DNA from: Parcubacteria group bacterium
GTDB lineage: Bacteria; Patescibacteriota; Minisyncoccia; Moranbacterales; UBA11712
Length of the DNA stretch: 64,000 nt
Direction of reading: 5' to 3'
Assembly (NCBI GenBank): GCA_041659685.1
Contig: JBAZXV010000001.1
Span: 178,771 to 242,770, forward strand
Below are positions 28,567 through 39,130 of the stretch, one piece after another. The notes below the pieces were generated by a model that had not been told where the DNA came from, did not search any database, and saw only the letters and a list, made by a program, of their open reading frames with translations. Position 1 is the stretch's first letter; every line of letters begins with the position of its first letter. Position numbers and translations under genes: made by a program.

Positions 28567-30552
28567 TTATTTAATGGTAATTTCAACTCTTTTTTCGCTC
28601 ATAGGAACTCGAGAAACAAAAAACGGCCAAAAACTAATATCTGCTTTTAAAATGGCCGGATAAGTTTCCGCAAGGGAATTGATTTCACTGGCCTTTTTCC
28701 CCAAAATACCCCTTTTAAAATTTTCAATGTCAACGGCGCTGGCAACTCCAAAATCAGCCTTGGCTCCAAACTTTATCTCCCCTTCTTTCAGTTTTTCCTC
28801 CGACAAAACATATGTTATGGAGTTATTAAAGTTAACGAGCTGGCCCTGCTTGCTGATTTCCGCCTCTACAACTTGTCTTACATCATCGTCCGAAAAAGAA
28901 AGGGTTTGGGCTTTCACTTTCACCGCATATGTAAATTTTTCAGCCTCCGTCCCCGCGCTTTCCGAGGGCGCCGCACTCACCGTTTCCGTCACCACTGAAT
29001 CTTCAAATATTTTTTTACCGGACGGAAGATTTCTGCTTATTCCTTCAATAGCTTTTTTTTCCGCTTCAGCCACCAATTGTTCTTTCGCTTTCTCGATATC
29101 TTGCGCTGACACTATCAATGTTTCACCTTCCGAGCCGCCGCTCATCGCCTTTGAGGATTTGGCGTAAAATTTGTCGTATTTCGGTCCGCCTTCAAAGCCG
29201 GGTATCTTAAAGTCCGCCGGTTCGATATTGAAATCTTTTCCGGCTTTATCGGCCGCAACATCGACTTCAATTGCTCCAGGTTTTGTTTCGGACCCGACTT
29301 TAGTCATTCCGGGGACAATAACCGATTTTTTTATCCTGAATATCTTTCCGTCAGCCGTTTCGAGTCTCGTGGTGCTGACAAGCGGCTGATCGTCCGAACT
29401 AAATTCATTATATATCACGACTTTTCCGGTCGCCTTTCCTCCTCCATTCTTGCTTCCGGTCGCGTTAAAATCCCGTGATTTTTCCTGCGTTATTTCTTCA
29501 ACAGCCGCGGGGATTTTATTTTCGCTCCAATTGATTCCGGCTTGCGATGTGCTGGCGACAATATCCGCAGAACTTGTTTTTTCCTGCCCCTTTAGATGAA
29601 GGACCACTTGAGCCTTCGGGAGATTGAAATATGCCCAGGCAACGCCCGCCATAAGGAGAAAAACAACAGCGAAAAGCATAAAATACAAGCCGACTTTGCT
29701 CTTTATCTTCGTCTCCTTTAATTTTCCGGCCTTTCTTTTCGACACCTTTTCTTGCTTCTGAAGAGTTGGCGAGCCGCCAAAAAATTTTTCCGCCTGATTC
29801 TCAATATGGGCATCATTGTTTGTTTTTTGATAGAATTGTTCCATTGCCTCAGATTTTTTTTCGTCTTCCTGAAATCCTTTTTTTTCTGCTGCGGCAACAT
29901 CGCGGCTCTTTGCTTTTGATTTTGGCCTTGGTTTTGGTTTCGGGCTCGCCACAATATCAGACATCCGGACCGATTTATCCGTTTTTTTGTGTGTTTCGCT
30001 TTTTTCGGATTTTTTCCCCCCCTCTTTTTCATTGTTTAAATCAGCCATTATTTTCTCACTGCGGTCCGAAAATTCTATGTTTTCGATGTTGCTGTCCTTT
30101 GCTTCACCCCCTTCAGAAAACTTTTCCCCTTGACCCTGATTTTGGTTGATCCTGGGAGGATCTTCAAAATAATTTCCGGAACCAAATGATTCTTGTTCGT
30201 CATTCTCTCTCAAAATTTCTTCTCTTTCTCCCTCGCTGATCGTCATATTTTTCTGAAACGAATTTTCCGATATTTCTTCGTCCTCCATTACCGGCCCTTC
30301 AATTTCCCCTTGCACTAAAATTCCCGCCTTTTCTATCAGCTTCTTGCCAATCTTGTCTTGAGTCACGATCATAATTCTTCTTTTTCTCCGATCAGATTCT
30401 TTTTTAAGCAACTTTAAGTTCACAAGACTTTGAAGAAGCAAGGCTCGTTTCGGGGCAACAATAATAACTTCTCCGGCTTCAGCCTTCCTGATTCGATCGA
30501 TTATCGAAGTTATTTCTTCGTCTATGTCGATGTAAATGGTTTTATGAGACAC
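28567..30552 (-). CDS. Hypothetical bitopic membrane protein (661 aa): N-terminal cytoplasmic domain, acidic low-complexity linker, one TM helix, and a large extracytoplasmic domain
   Basis: TM helix at VGLYFMLFAVVFLLMAGVAWAYF. No recognised catalytic motif. Confidence 0.5.
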   Translation of the reverse strand: MSHKTIYIDIDEEITSIIDRIRKAEAGEVIIVAPKRALLLQSLVNLKLLKKESDRRKRRIMIVTQDKIGKKLIEKAGILVQGEIEGPVMEDEEISENSFQKNMTISEGEREEILRENDEQESFGSGNYFEDPPRINQNQGQGEKFSEGGEAKDSNIENIEFSDRSEKIMADLNNEKEGGKKSEKSETHKKTDKSVRMSDIVASPKPKPRPKSKAKSRDVAAAEKKGFQEDEKKSEAMEQFYQKTNNDAHIENQAEKFFGGSPTLQKQEKVSKRKAGKLKETKIKSKVGLYFMLFAVVFLLMAGVAWAYFNLPKAQVVLHLKGQEKTSSADIVASTSQAGINWSENKIPAAVEEITQEKSRDFNATGSKNGGGKATGKVVIYNEFSSDDQPLVSTTRLETADGKIFRIKKSVIVPGMTKVGSETKPGAIEVDVAADKAGKDFNIEPADFKIPGFEGGPKYDKFYAKSSKAMSGGSEGETLIVSAQDIEKAKEQLVAEAEKKAIEGISRNLPSGKKIFEDSVVTETVSAAPSESAGTEAEKFTYAVKVKAQTLSFSDDDVRQVVEAEISKQGQLVNFNNSITYVLSEEKLKEGEIKFGAKADFGVASAVDIENFKRGILGKKASEINSLAETYPAILKADISFWPFFVSRVPMSEKRVEITIK

Positions 30553-30672
30553 AATAAAAATAAAAAATTAAAGTTTTAAAATATTTTGAATGTTAAAATC
30601 ATTTTGGCATTAAAATAATTTTTGCACTTTGGATTGTCATTTTTCATTTTTATTTTTACATTTTCAATTAAT

Positions 30673-31935
30673 CTAGTTTTGCATCATTTTAACTGCCCGA
30701 CGGAGCATGCTGGAGAGCACTTTTTCCTCTCCAACCAAATCAAGGGCCAGGTTTGCGAGACCCATCGGAGTGACATCCTGCGGATTTTGCAAAAACCCCG
30801 TATTGTCATGAATGTTTGTGACATCTTTTGGCTGCAGAAATCCAACCGACGGCACTTTGGAAAAGGGGAGATTCTTAAGCCATTCCTGACTCTGCAAAGC
30901 CTTTTTTATGCCCGGCAGCGCCGAGCCTCCGCCGCAGAGCAGTATTCTGCGGGGCAAAAGATCCGATTCGGCATATTCTCCCAAAGAGAGCTCAACCCCG
31001 TCCAGCCACACCTGACAATCTTCCGCAAGCATCTTTTCAATCCTGCGGCTGACATCTCTCCCTGTTTCACCGCGGCCATATCTTATTTTAAGTTGTTCGG
31101 CTTCTTCAAAGTTAATGTTAAGCTCCTGCGCCAAACGTTTCGTGAAAGCCCTGCCGCCCAGAGCAAACATTTTTGTGCCTTCAAGGCCTCCGTTTCTGAC
31201 TAAGGCTATATCCGTAGTACCGCCCCCGATATCAATGAATATGGCGCTAAAATCAACTGTATTTTCAAGTCCCATTGATCTGGCGACAGCGTACGGCTCA
31301 GCCGCAATGCTGAGAAGATCCAGATTAAGTTCCTCCGCGATTTTTTGGAGCGCTCCCAGATGAATCATTGGAGCGTAAGCGTTAAAAACTCCTATGGAAA
31401 CATCCCTGCCCTGGAAACCGAGAGGATTTGTGACCCGGTATCCGTCGATCCTTACATCAACAATGGCGGCGTTAATAAGTTTGACATCGATTTCGCTGTG
31501 CCCCGTTTCCCAAGCCAATTGCTGCCTGATGCGGTCAAACGCCTTCCATTGAACTTTTTGGACAATATTTTTAAGTTCCGGAAGATCAATCCTGATTTCC
31601 GGCTTTACCCGCTCGTAATGGACAGTCGTTGTTGATCCCTTTACGAGCTCTCCCGCAATTCCCATTATGGTTTGTTCGACTTGCCGAACTCCTGCCATCT
31701 CCTCGGCTTTGGAGATCGCCTCTTCGCAAGAGCTGACGACGCCGGCAATATCGCTCACTGCCCCCGATTGCATGTCCCCCAGACGCTGCCTGGCACGCCC
31801 GACGCCGGCCACGATTCCTTTTTCCGATTCTTCGTCAATCTTAAAAATCAGGGCTTTTACAACCTCTGTGCCGATATCCAAAGCCAGCGCGTGACCGGCG
31901 CTTCGCCTCCGAAATATTTTCGATATTATTCCCAT
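30673..31935 (-). CDS. ftsA: Actin-like ATPase, FtsA-like (could be PilM-like)
   Basis: LALDIGTEVVKALIF and FIDIGGGTTDIALV phosphate-binding motifs of the ASKHA/FtsA family. At 420 aa it is the same size as E. coli FtsA. Confidence 0.55.
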   Translation of the reverse strand: MGIISKIFRRRSAGHALALDIGTEVVKALIFKIDEESEKGIVAGVGRARQRLGDMQSGAVSDIAGVVSSCEEAISKAEEMAGVRQVEQTIMGIAGELVKGSTTTVHYERVKPEIRIDLPELKNIVQKVQWKAFDRIRQQLAWETGHSEIDVKLINAAIVDVRIDGYRVTNPLGFQGRDVSIGVFNAYAPMIHLGALQKIAEELNLDLLSIAAEPYAVARSMGLENTVDFSAIFIDIGGGTTDIALVRNGGLEGTKMFALGGRAFTKRLAQELNINFEEAEQLKIRYGRGETGRDVSRRIEKMLAEDCQVWLDGVELSLGEYAESDLLPRRILLCGGGSALPGIKKALQSQEWLKNLPFSKVPSVGFLQPKDVTNIHDNTGFLQNPQDVTPMGLANLALDLVGEEKVLSSMLRRAVKMMQN

Positions 31936-32014
31936 ATACCGTTGTTCTTTGTTTTCATTTCAATTATACTAGAATATATGAAAGAGGAAAAGCGCCGCCC
32001 CATAAAATTTAATA

Positions 32015-33079
32015 TTGAATAAGCCTCTCTTCGCATATCGGGTTCGGCATACTATCCGTAAACACGACATAATCTTCAAAAAAATGAATTTCCCGTACGA
32101 AAAAATTTATAAAATATTGAGATTTATAATTTACCTTATTCCGGTTGCATCAGTAGTTATCGGTCTTTATCTGATCCTTTTTCCGATTGAAAGCTTTAAC
32201 TATTACAGCGACAAGCCAAGTCTTTCCAAATTTGAGTTTATGAAAAATATCGATGCGAACGAAATTCGTTTCGGTGTTTTTCCCCTTCGAAACCATCGCT
32301 TCATCAATCTCAAGATAAATTCAGCGCAAACAGAAAAAGACTCGTGCCGGAAGAATCCCCCGTCTGTGTATCTCGAAAGGACTTATCAGGCTTTTCTATA
32401 TCCCGATGGAGGAACAGTGAACTCAAAAGAGGAATTAAAAGATCTTTTATTCGCTGATAACAACACGGAATATCCCAACGGGTCACTGCTTCACCTTAAA
32501 CCGACCGATGAAGTTTTCTTCATAAGCCATGGAAAAAGGATTCTGTTTCCCGGTCCGGAAATATTTTTTTCGTTCGGATTCAATTTCGACAACTTAAACG
32601 AAGTGGATCAATCGACAATCGACCAATTTCCCGAAGCGGACGATAAAGTTTTTCTTTGGACTAATCCTCATCCCGACGGAACAATTTTTCAAGGATTTCC
32701 TTCCCATTCGCTCTATCTCGCGCTGAACGGAAGGAAATATCTGATTCCCAGTCCGGAAATTCTGAAAGATTTATGGCCGAACTATTACACAATCCCGGTT
32801 GATGACATATCGCCGGAAAACAAAACAGAGTGTCGTCCGTCTGAAAAAGATTATGCCCAGGGCGCCGTAGCTTGCAGTTTCGATACAAATAATCTGCCTC
32901 TTTCCATCGGAAAATATTATTTATTTACCGTGAAATATCCTGATTCGTGCCCCGTCTCGGATATCCACCCTGAAAATGCCCGGATAAACTTCATCGCTGA
33001 AAGATCTTATGCGACAATCAAGGATACGATAAGAACAATTTTTGCTTCAGTTCTCAATCGTTATATACAACAGCAATAA
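32015..33079 (+). CDS. Hypothetical membrane-anchored protein
   Basis: N-terminal TM helix (ILRFIIYLIPVASVVIGLYLILF). The start may be the internal MNFPYEK. Confidence 0.45.
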   Translation: MNKPLFAYRVRHTIRKHDIIFKKMNFPYEKIYKILRFIIYLIPVASVVIGLYLILFPIESFNYYSDKPSLSKFEFMKNIDANEIRFGVFPLRNHRFINLKINSAQTEKDSCRKNPPSVYLERTYQAFLYPDGGTVNSKEELKDLLFADNNTEYPNGSLLHLKPTDEVFFISHGKRILFPGPEIFFSFGFNFDNLNEVDQSTIDQFPEADDKVFLWTNPHPDGTIFQGFPSHSLYLALNGRKYLIPSPEILKDLWPNYYTIPVDDISPENKTECRPSEKDYAQGAVACSFDTNNLPLSIGKYYLFTVKYPDSCPVSDIHPENARINFIAERSYATIKDTIRTIFASVLNRYIQQQ

Positions 33080-33094
33080 CAGTAAATTATCTTT

Positions 33095-33481
33095 ATGACG
33101 CAAGATAAATTTTTTTACCGGTTGACAAAAGATCTTCTGATATCACTCGTGATAACTTATTTTTTGTCCCTAATCCCCGAACTTATTCTGCCCGGAGTGG
33201 TGAGTTCCCATTTTAATCCGAAATATCTTTTGTTTTTTATTTTGATTCTGGGAATAGTCTTCTTTTGGCTGGGTAAAAAATATCCCGTCCAGGAAAAATT
33301 AAGATTCAGAGCCATCTCAAAAAATCTTTTAAATTTCATGCTTTTCGTCGTAATGGTAATGTTGGCTCTAAGTCTTTATAAGATGAAGATTTGGCAGATA
33401 TTGATTGTTCTGGTACTATCATTAGTCCTCCTGATATCGGCCGAGAAAATGCTCGTACCGGAAAATAATGAGGAGCAGTGA
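33095..33481 (+). CDS. Hypothetical multi-pass membrane protein
   Basis: Four hydrophobic helices. The ORF is contiguous with the next one. Confidence 0.4.
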   Translation: MTQDKFFYRLTKDLLISLVITYFLSLIPELILPGVVSSHFNPKYLLFFILILGIVFFWLGKKYPVQEKLRFRAISKNLLNFMLFVVMVMLALSLYKMKIWQILIVLVLSLVLLISAEKMLVPENNEEQ

Positions 33482-33907
33482 TTGTTCTTTAGACAGAGTT
33501 TGCTGTTAAACCAAGGAGGTTTGCGCATAATGACCGACAGGCAAAAAGCAAGCGTTTTTTCTCTCGTGGCGGGCTTGATAATCATGCTAGCGGCACAGTG
33601 TGCTTATCTTGGATCGGGATATTCTTATCTCAAGAATGATATCCCCAAGCCTCTCGAATTATTCCTGGTGATTTTTGTCTTTGTATTCCTGCTTCTCCAC
33701 TTCTCCATGATTGACGGAAAAAGAAGCAGGCTCCTGCATTATCTGACCATAACCCTGCCGGCGATTTATTTTTTGGAAATATATTTTTTTCCAATCGCCA
33801 AAAGCAAAGAAGTCAAGTATTTGCTGGCTTCCGTGACGGTATGGTGGATTATCGGATGGTGGACAATTGCCTGGGCTGATTTTCTAAAAATTTTAGACGA
33901 CCATTAA
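33482..33907 (+). CDS. Hypothetical multi-pass membrane protein
   Basis: Hydrophobic helices. Its start overlaps the previous stop (TGATTG...ATG). Confidence 0.4.
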   Translation: MFFRQSLLLNQGGLRIMTDRQKASVFSLVAGLIIMLAAQCAYLGSGYSYLKNDIPKPLELFLVIFVFVFLLLHFSMIDGKRSRLLHYLTITLPAIYFLEIYFFPIAKSKEVKYLLASVTVWWIIGWWTIAWADFLKILDDH

Positions 33908-33966
33908 AAACGGGCTCGGTTATTATAACCGGGCCCAGCGTATTTTAGCGGATACATTCGTTCTAA

Positions 33967-35529
33967 TTATTCTATTTTTTTCCCCTCTCCGACTCCTGCC
34001 ATTTCGGTTCGCTTTGCTTTTATAATATTTTTATATCCCATGGAAGCGGCGAGGCTTTTTGTCGCAAACTGCCGCCGCGCTCCGTTTTCGATGAAATAAT
34101 ATTTACTGCGATAATTCACCGTCGCGCCGCTCTGAAAAGGAAAAACTTCCCTTGTTTTGTATTTTTTCAAAAATTTCTGTGAAACTTTTATGGCCATTCC
34201 CCGGGAAAAAGTGGCCCGAAAAACGTCTTTCGATATTTTTTTCTTAAGGCCTTTTTCAGAAACATAGAAATAATTTTTATAGTCGCCCGTAAGAAGCGCG
34301 CCTGCTGGAAAACTATCCGCGCTGGAAATAATTTCACCCTCTGCATATCGGGCGCTTTCCCCGTCCGAAATATCGTGCGCAGAGCTCCGGTCTATTGATT
34401 TCAGATCACTGTCCGAGAGAATTATCCTTCTTTTTTTATTTCCTGATAAAATGAAATAATTCCCTCCTAAATCTTTCACGAAGGCGCCGTTTCGAAATTC
34501 CGCCGGCGATCCGCTTGGGAAACTTGCCCATTTTTCGCTCGTAATTTCCACAAAACTTGAAGAGTCATAACTGGAAGAAAGAAGGCTGTCACCGCTTATT
34601 GTCCGCAAATTTCCATTCTCAATAATCCCCCGCTTTCCCTCGGAAGAAACCTTGACCAATGTTCCGGACGGATAATCAAACAACCCTTGCTGGACGGAAA
34701 CTTCCGCATCGCCTCCCGATCCATAAGCAAGAATCTGGTTTTTCGAGATATTGACTACCGGCTGCCGCCCGCTTTTCGAATATCTTTTTCCGTTTGCTAT
34801 TTCATAGGCAGTACCGCCAACTTCGTATGAATATGCGTAATTTGAAAATTCTTCCGAAAACTCGGCGCCCTTTGATCTCATCGCATCCAAATTATCGTAT
34901 ATTCTTTTTCCCGGACAGTCGGTGCTGCCGATATCCCTGTGGCCGATAACTGTGTTATCCAGCTTTTTACCGTGAAACTTTATGTCGGAATTGACGGTGA
35001 TGCTATTATTGGCCGCCAGCCATCCCACAAGTTTTTGAAGCGAATCCTGCGCTTCGGCCGATAATTTTTCGTCATCGTAATTTCCAATAACTGCAATTCC
35101 GATCGATCCCTCATTGTAATTCGTCCCGTTGTAATAAGCGTGTCCGCCGACTGCGCCGTTCCCGCCATAACGACCTTCGAAAATCTTCCCGTCTTTTCCG
35201 ATTATATAATTATATCCGATGTCACCCCATTTTTTGGTGTATGAATGGTATTTATATATTTTCCTGACTTGCTTTGCCGTCGATCCGGAATATGACGCGG
35301 CAGTGTGATGGACAACGATTACTTTCGGATCCTCATATTTCGCCGGCCAAATATTTTTCGTTCTTTTTTCATAGCTTGACTTGGACCAGCTCGATCGCGG
35401 ATATATTTCCGGAACGTCTGAGACGGACAGCTTCGAATTCTTGGCCGAGACAAAACAAAAAGGCGCGCCCGACAGACCCGCGATTGCAATTAATATGATG
35501 ACAGCTTTTTTTGTTTTTATTTTAGTCAA
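33967..35529 (-). CDS. Secreted N-acetylmuramoyl-L-alanine amidase (Amidase_2 / PGRP domain) with C-terminal repeats
   Basis: Signal peptide, then VVHHTAAS...GDIGYNYIIGKDGKIFEGRYGG...GHRDIGSTDCPG. Confidence 0.7.
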   Translation of the reverse strand: MTKIKTKKAVIILIAIAGLSGAPFCFVSAKNSKLSVSDVPEIYPRSSWSKSSYEKRTKNIWPAKYEDPKVIVVHHTAASYSGSTAKQVRKIYKYHSYTKKWGDIGYNYIIGKDGKIFEGRYGGNGAVGGHAYYNGTNYNEGSIGIAVIGNYDDEKLSAEAQDSLQKLVGWLAANNSITVNSDIKFHGKKLDNTVIGHRDIGSTDCPGKRIYDNLDAMRSKGAEFSEEFSNYAYSYEVGGTAYEIANGKRYSKSGRQPVVNISKNQILAYGSGGDAEVSVQQGLFDYPSGTLVKVSSEGKRGIIENGNLRTISGDSLLSSSYDSSSFVEITSEKWASFPSGSPAEFRNGAFVKDLGGNYFILSGNKKRRIILSDSDLKSIDRSSAHDISDGESARYAEGEIISSADSFPAGALLTGDYKNYFYVSEKGLKKKISKDVFRATFSRGMAIKVSQKFLKKYKTREVFPFQSGATVNYRSKYYFIENGARRQFATKSLAASMGYKNIIKAKRTEMAGVGEGKKIE

Positions 35530-35581
35530 GATATTCCGATCCCCTAATTTTATTATAAATTACTCTTGGAATTATTTTCAA

Positions 35582-36550
35582 CTAATCCGCTTTTCCCAAT
35601 TCCGCGTCATCGTTGACATACTGAAATGTGCAATTTTCATTTGTTTTTGCATCAATAGCGCTAAAAGCCTCCGGCGAAAGTCCGCCAACCCGCCCCGTCC
35701 AAATAGCCGGCCCCGATTCAAGGATCGCAGCCACAACTTTTTTTCCGTTTCGCTTGTTGGTGACCAGCACTTTTTTCTTTTTATACCACTTTTTTTTGGC
35801 AGTGTTCGCGTCCAGAGCGCGCGTGACTCTCTCCCATTGTCCTCCTTTATACCGATATTCCAATTTCACGCTATCCCCTTTGTCATGGCTCGCCACTGAG
35901 CTCTTATAGCCTCTCTTCAGGCCCTTTAGCTTGTCTCCTTGCTTTGATGAATATCTTATATATTCGCTTCCGATTTTGACATAACCGGATTTAGGAAAGT
36001 CATCCGCCGAGTCAAGGAGTAAAGAAGCGCTGTCTTTTCCCAGTTTTTCTTTGAGATCCGATTCCGGCTCTTTCCAGTCGGCATATTCCCAGCGCATCGT
36101 AACGTAATATTTTTCGTATTTTTCATCGTCTTTATCAAGAGGACCGAATGAACCGTATCCTCCGGCCATGCCATTGCGGCAGGACGACGGAGTGTCCGCC
36201 ATTTTATAGTGACTTGAAGCTGACTGATTTTTTTTCAGCCAAAGATGCTGTTCGCGGGCAATTTTTCCGGACGAATCGGGAAGGGGATACTTTCCTTCAA
36301 CAATGTTTACGCTGCCCCCTGAGCCTTCTCCATTTTCTTCGCTTCCGTTGTTTTGGCCCGCCTGACAGTTTTTAACCGCTGTCTGATATTCGCTCCGGCT
36401 TATTTTTGGGAGATATTTTTGCCAATAAGCCTGGGGCACATTATTTTTTTCCAGCAAATTCTGCCACTTTGATTCTTTAGCGGCGCACAAAGTGGAATTC
36501 ATTCCAAAAACAGCAAACAAAACTAAAAGTATTTTCCAATTTTTTGGCAT
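35582..36550 (-). CDS. Secreted protein with a C-terminal RlpA-like double-psi beta-barrel domain
   Basis: Signal peptide. The C-terminus VLVTNKRNGKKVVAAILESGPAIWTGRVGGLSPEAFSAI matches the RlpA DPBB pattern. Confidence 0.5.
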   Translation of the reverse strand: MPKNWKILLVLFAVFGMNSTLCAAKESKWQNLLEKNNVPQAYWQKYLPKISRSEYQTAVKNCQAGQNNGSEENGEGSGGSVNIVEGKYPLPDSSGKIAREQHLWLKKNQSASSHYKMADTPSSCRNGMAGGYGSFGPLDKDDEKYEKYYVTMRWEYADWKEPESDLKEKLGKDSASLLLDSADDFPKSGYVKIGSEYIRYSSKQGDKLKGLKRGYKSSVASHDKGDSVKLEYRYKGGQWERVTRALDANTAKKKWYKKKKVLVTNKRNGKKVVAAILESGPAIWTGRVGGLSPEAFSAIDAKTNENCTFQYVNDDAELGKAD

Positions 36551-36668
36551 TTTGCAATTTGCTTGTTAAATGTTTTTAGACTTTCTCTGCCTGCTTATTG
36601 ATATCATAACACATTTTACTGAAGCCCGTTTAGAGACTCCGGATCAACCCGGCAAGTCCGATAATTTC

Positions 36669-37145
36669 CTACGGCTGTAAATTTTCGGGCCTGATCTGGA
36701 TGCCGTCAGCCGTCATGGTGCCGTCGGAATTGCTTTTTCCGCTCACCATAACCTGTTCACCCATGTTAAGATCGGAAGAAGATCCCTGAATTGATTTTCC
36801 AATGGAAGTGCTGTCGGAAAAAAATATTATTTTCGATCCGCCATCCCTGGTCTTAATTGTCATGCTTTTGTCGTCTTTTGACATTATCTCCCCCGCCGCA
36901 ATGCCTCCGTTCTGAGCGCCCCCAGCTCCCTTTGCAAACCCGGAACCTCCCGCTCCTGCCGGACCGCCTTGTCCGCTTCCCATTTTTCGCTGCTGGCCGT
37001 CTTCAAACTGGCCGCCGCTGGCCTTTAAAAGCCCCTTTTTTCCAAGACTGCTTTTCTCAAAAGCCGTCCCGCCATAAAAAGCTCCTCCGCCGACAATAAT
37101 AATTAATATGATTCCGATAGATACGTACTTATTATTCATATGCAT
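36669..37145 (-). CDS. Membrane-anchored Gly-rich hypothetical protein
   Basis: N-terminal TM helix and a GGxG low-complexity region. Confidence 0.4.
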   Translation of the reverse strand: MHMNNKYVSIGIILIIIVGGGAFYGGTAFEKSSLGKKGLLKASGGQFEDGQQRKMGSGQGGPAGAGGSGFAKGAGGAQNGGIAAGEIMSKDDKSMTIKTRDGGSKIIFFSDSTSIGKSIQGSSSDLNMGEQVMVSGKSNSDGTMTADGIQIRPENLQP

Positions 37146-37245
37146 TAAATTAAAAATTATTCATGAAGCTCCCAAGTTTGCAAAGGGGAATATAAACTCT
37201 AATTTTTTAAAAATCCAAATTTCTGGGATTTTGAGAAAAACTCTG

Positions 37246-37821
37246 TCACCTTGAGACGACATTGACGCTTGTCGTTTCATAGACAACTTTTCTGGCTCCG
37301 TCGAAGAGACCCTTTACGTCAATTTTATAATTCTTGTGAAGATAGGTTAATTTTTTCGTGCTGCCGCTCTTGGATCGGATAGTCGTATCATCAGACACAT
37401 ATACTTCCACTGTCCCGTGGCTCGATGTGCTTATCTTGATTATTTTTTTGGTCTTATCAATCTTTCTTATTTTTCCCCTTAGCGGATCTTCCAGCTTCCA
37501 AATAGAAAGATTGGTTACGCTGTCAGCCGATATGTCTTTGGAATTGTCTTTTTCTCCCCTTACATCGATATGGTCATTCTTTTTCATTTCATCGAGACTG
37601 GCTTTTTTCCCGTCATACCGGAAGAAATTAGCATCCGAAGTGTCAATATAATATTTTTTTCCGTTCAGTTTGGCTGTGATTGTGTCACCGGATACTTTGG
37701 TTATTTTAGCGTTCTCAAGCACCAAATCGCTTGACGCTTTAGCTGGCAAGATTGAAAAGAGTAAGGCAAGGGAGAAAAGAACAACTTTAACGGCAGTTTT
37801 CATTTTTAATGTTTTTTCCAT
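37246..37821 (-). CDS. Secreted hypothetical protein with two internal repeat domains
   Basis: Signal peptide plus two similar segments (ITAKLNGKKYYIDTSD and TVEVYVSDDTTIRSKS). Confidence 0.4.
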   Translation of the reverse strand: MEKTLKMKTAVKVVLFSLALLFSILPAKASSDLVLENAKITKVSGDTITAKLNGKKYYIDTSDANFFRYDGKKASLDEMKKNDHIDVRGEKDNSKDISADSVTNLSIWKLEDPLRGKIRKIDKTKKIIKISTSSHGTVEVYVSDDTTIRSKSGSTKKLTYLHKNYKIDVKGLFDGARKVVYETTSVNVVSR

Positions 37822-37858
37822 TTTAGTTTTACTTTATTGATATATATTAAATTATTGC

Positions 37859-39073
37859 TTATTCGTATCTCAATGCTTCGATAGGGTTTAAATTGGCCGC
37901 CCGCCGGGCTGGATAGAATCCAAAGACTATTCCGACTGCCGCCGAAACCCCGAAGGCAAGCAGGATTGAATACGTTGAAATCTGCGTATTTTGGCCGGCA
38001 AATTTGGTGACGGCAAGAGATGCGCCCCAACCGACTAAAATTCCGATTATTCCGCCCAAAAAGGTCAGGGCAACCGCTTCTGACAGAAATTGCAGATTAA
38101 TATAGGCTTTTCTGGTACCAACCGCTTTCCGAAGTCCGATTTCCCTCGTTCTCTCCGTCACATTCATTAGCATCATATTCATTATCCCGATCCCTCCGAC
38201 AAGAAGCGAGATTCCGGCAATAGAGGAAAGCAGAATGGTGAATGTATTTGTCACGCTTGTCGCTGTGGCAATAATATCATTTTGGTTCAAGATATTGAAG
38301 TCCGCCTGCGTCGCATCCGAGATTTTGTGCCTCACAAGGAGGAGATCGGAAATTTGCTGCTGCACCGAAGTCATCGACGATTGGTCCACTGCGGCAATGC
38401 TGATGTCTGAGAGATAATTATTCCCGGTAAGATAATGCTGGGCAGCCGTAATCGGAACATAAACATAGTCGTCCGGATTATTAAATCCTGACCCGCCTTT
38501 AGCTTGCGTCACGCCAACCACCTTGAAATCAACTCCCTTTATTTTTATGGATTGGCCGACCGGATTGGAATTTTCGCCAAAAAGATCATCCCTGGCAGTG
38601 GGACCCACAATAGCCGCTTTTGCCGAGCTTTTGATTTGTTGGTCGGAAAAAAATGAACCGATGTCCATCGTCACGTTTCGGGCTGTCAGATAATCAGCGA
38701 TGGTTCCAACCACTTCCGTGTTCGTATTATTGCCTTTCGCCGTCACCTGATATCTTCGCGAAGATTCCGGAGCCACCGCCTTTACGCTTTGAATTTGATC
38801 TTTGATTGCCTGGGCATCCTCAGTCGTAAGCGTTTGAGAACTGCCGGCACCTTGGCTTATCCCGCCGACTCTCTGGGCTCCGGGCATGACAATGATAAGA
38901 TTGGAGCCGATAGCCTCAATATTGCTTTCGATGGAGCTTTGGGCTCCCTGCCCTATCGCCACCATTGTGATGACGCTCGCTATGCCGATAACAATACCCA
39001 AAATTGTAAGTCCGGAGCGGGCTTTATTTTGAGTCAGGGCCCAAATTGTTTCCTCAATTAAATCTTTTATCAT
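37859..39073 (-). CDS. ABC transporter permease, FtsX/MacB family
   Basis: MacB-like N-terminal TM helix, a periplasmic domain, and a C-terminal FtsX triple-TM region. Confidence 0.8.
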   Translation of the reverse strand: MIKDLIEETIWALTQNKARSGLTILGIVIGIASVITMVAIGQGAQSSIESNIEAIGSNLIIVMPGAQRVGGISQGAGSSQTLTTEDAQAIKDQIQSVKAVAPESSRRYQVTAKGNNTNTEVVGTIADYLTARNVTMDIGSFFSDQQIKSSAKAAIVGPTARDDLFGENSNPVGQSIKIKGVDFKVVGVTQAKGGSGFNNPDDYVYVPITAAQHYLTGNNYLSDISIAAVDQSSMTSVQQQISDLLLVRHKISDATQADFNILNQNDIIATATSVTNTFTILLSSIAGISLLVGGIGIMNMMLMNVTERTREIGLRKAVGTRKAYINLQFLSEAVALTFLGGIIGILVGWGASLAVTKFAGQNTQISTYSILLAFGVSAAVGIVFGFYPARRAANLNPIEALRYE

Positions 39074-39130
39074 TTCTTCCTGCCCAGTTAAATGCCTCCG
39101 ACAAAGTCAAGGCAATTTCGCAAGGTGAAA

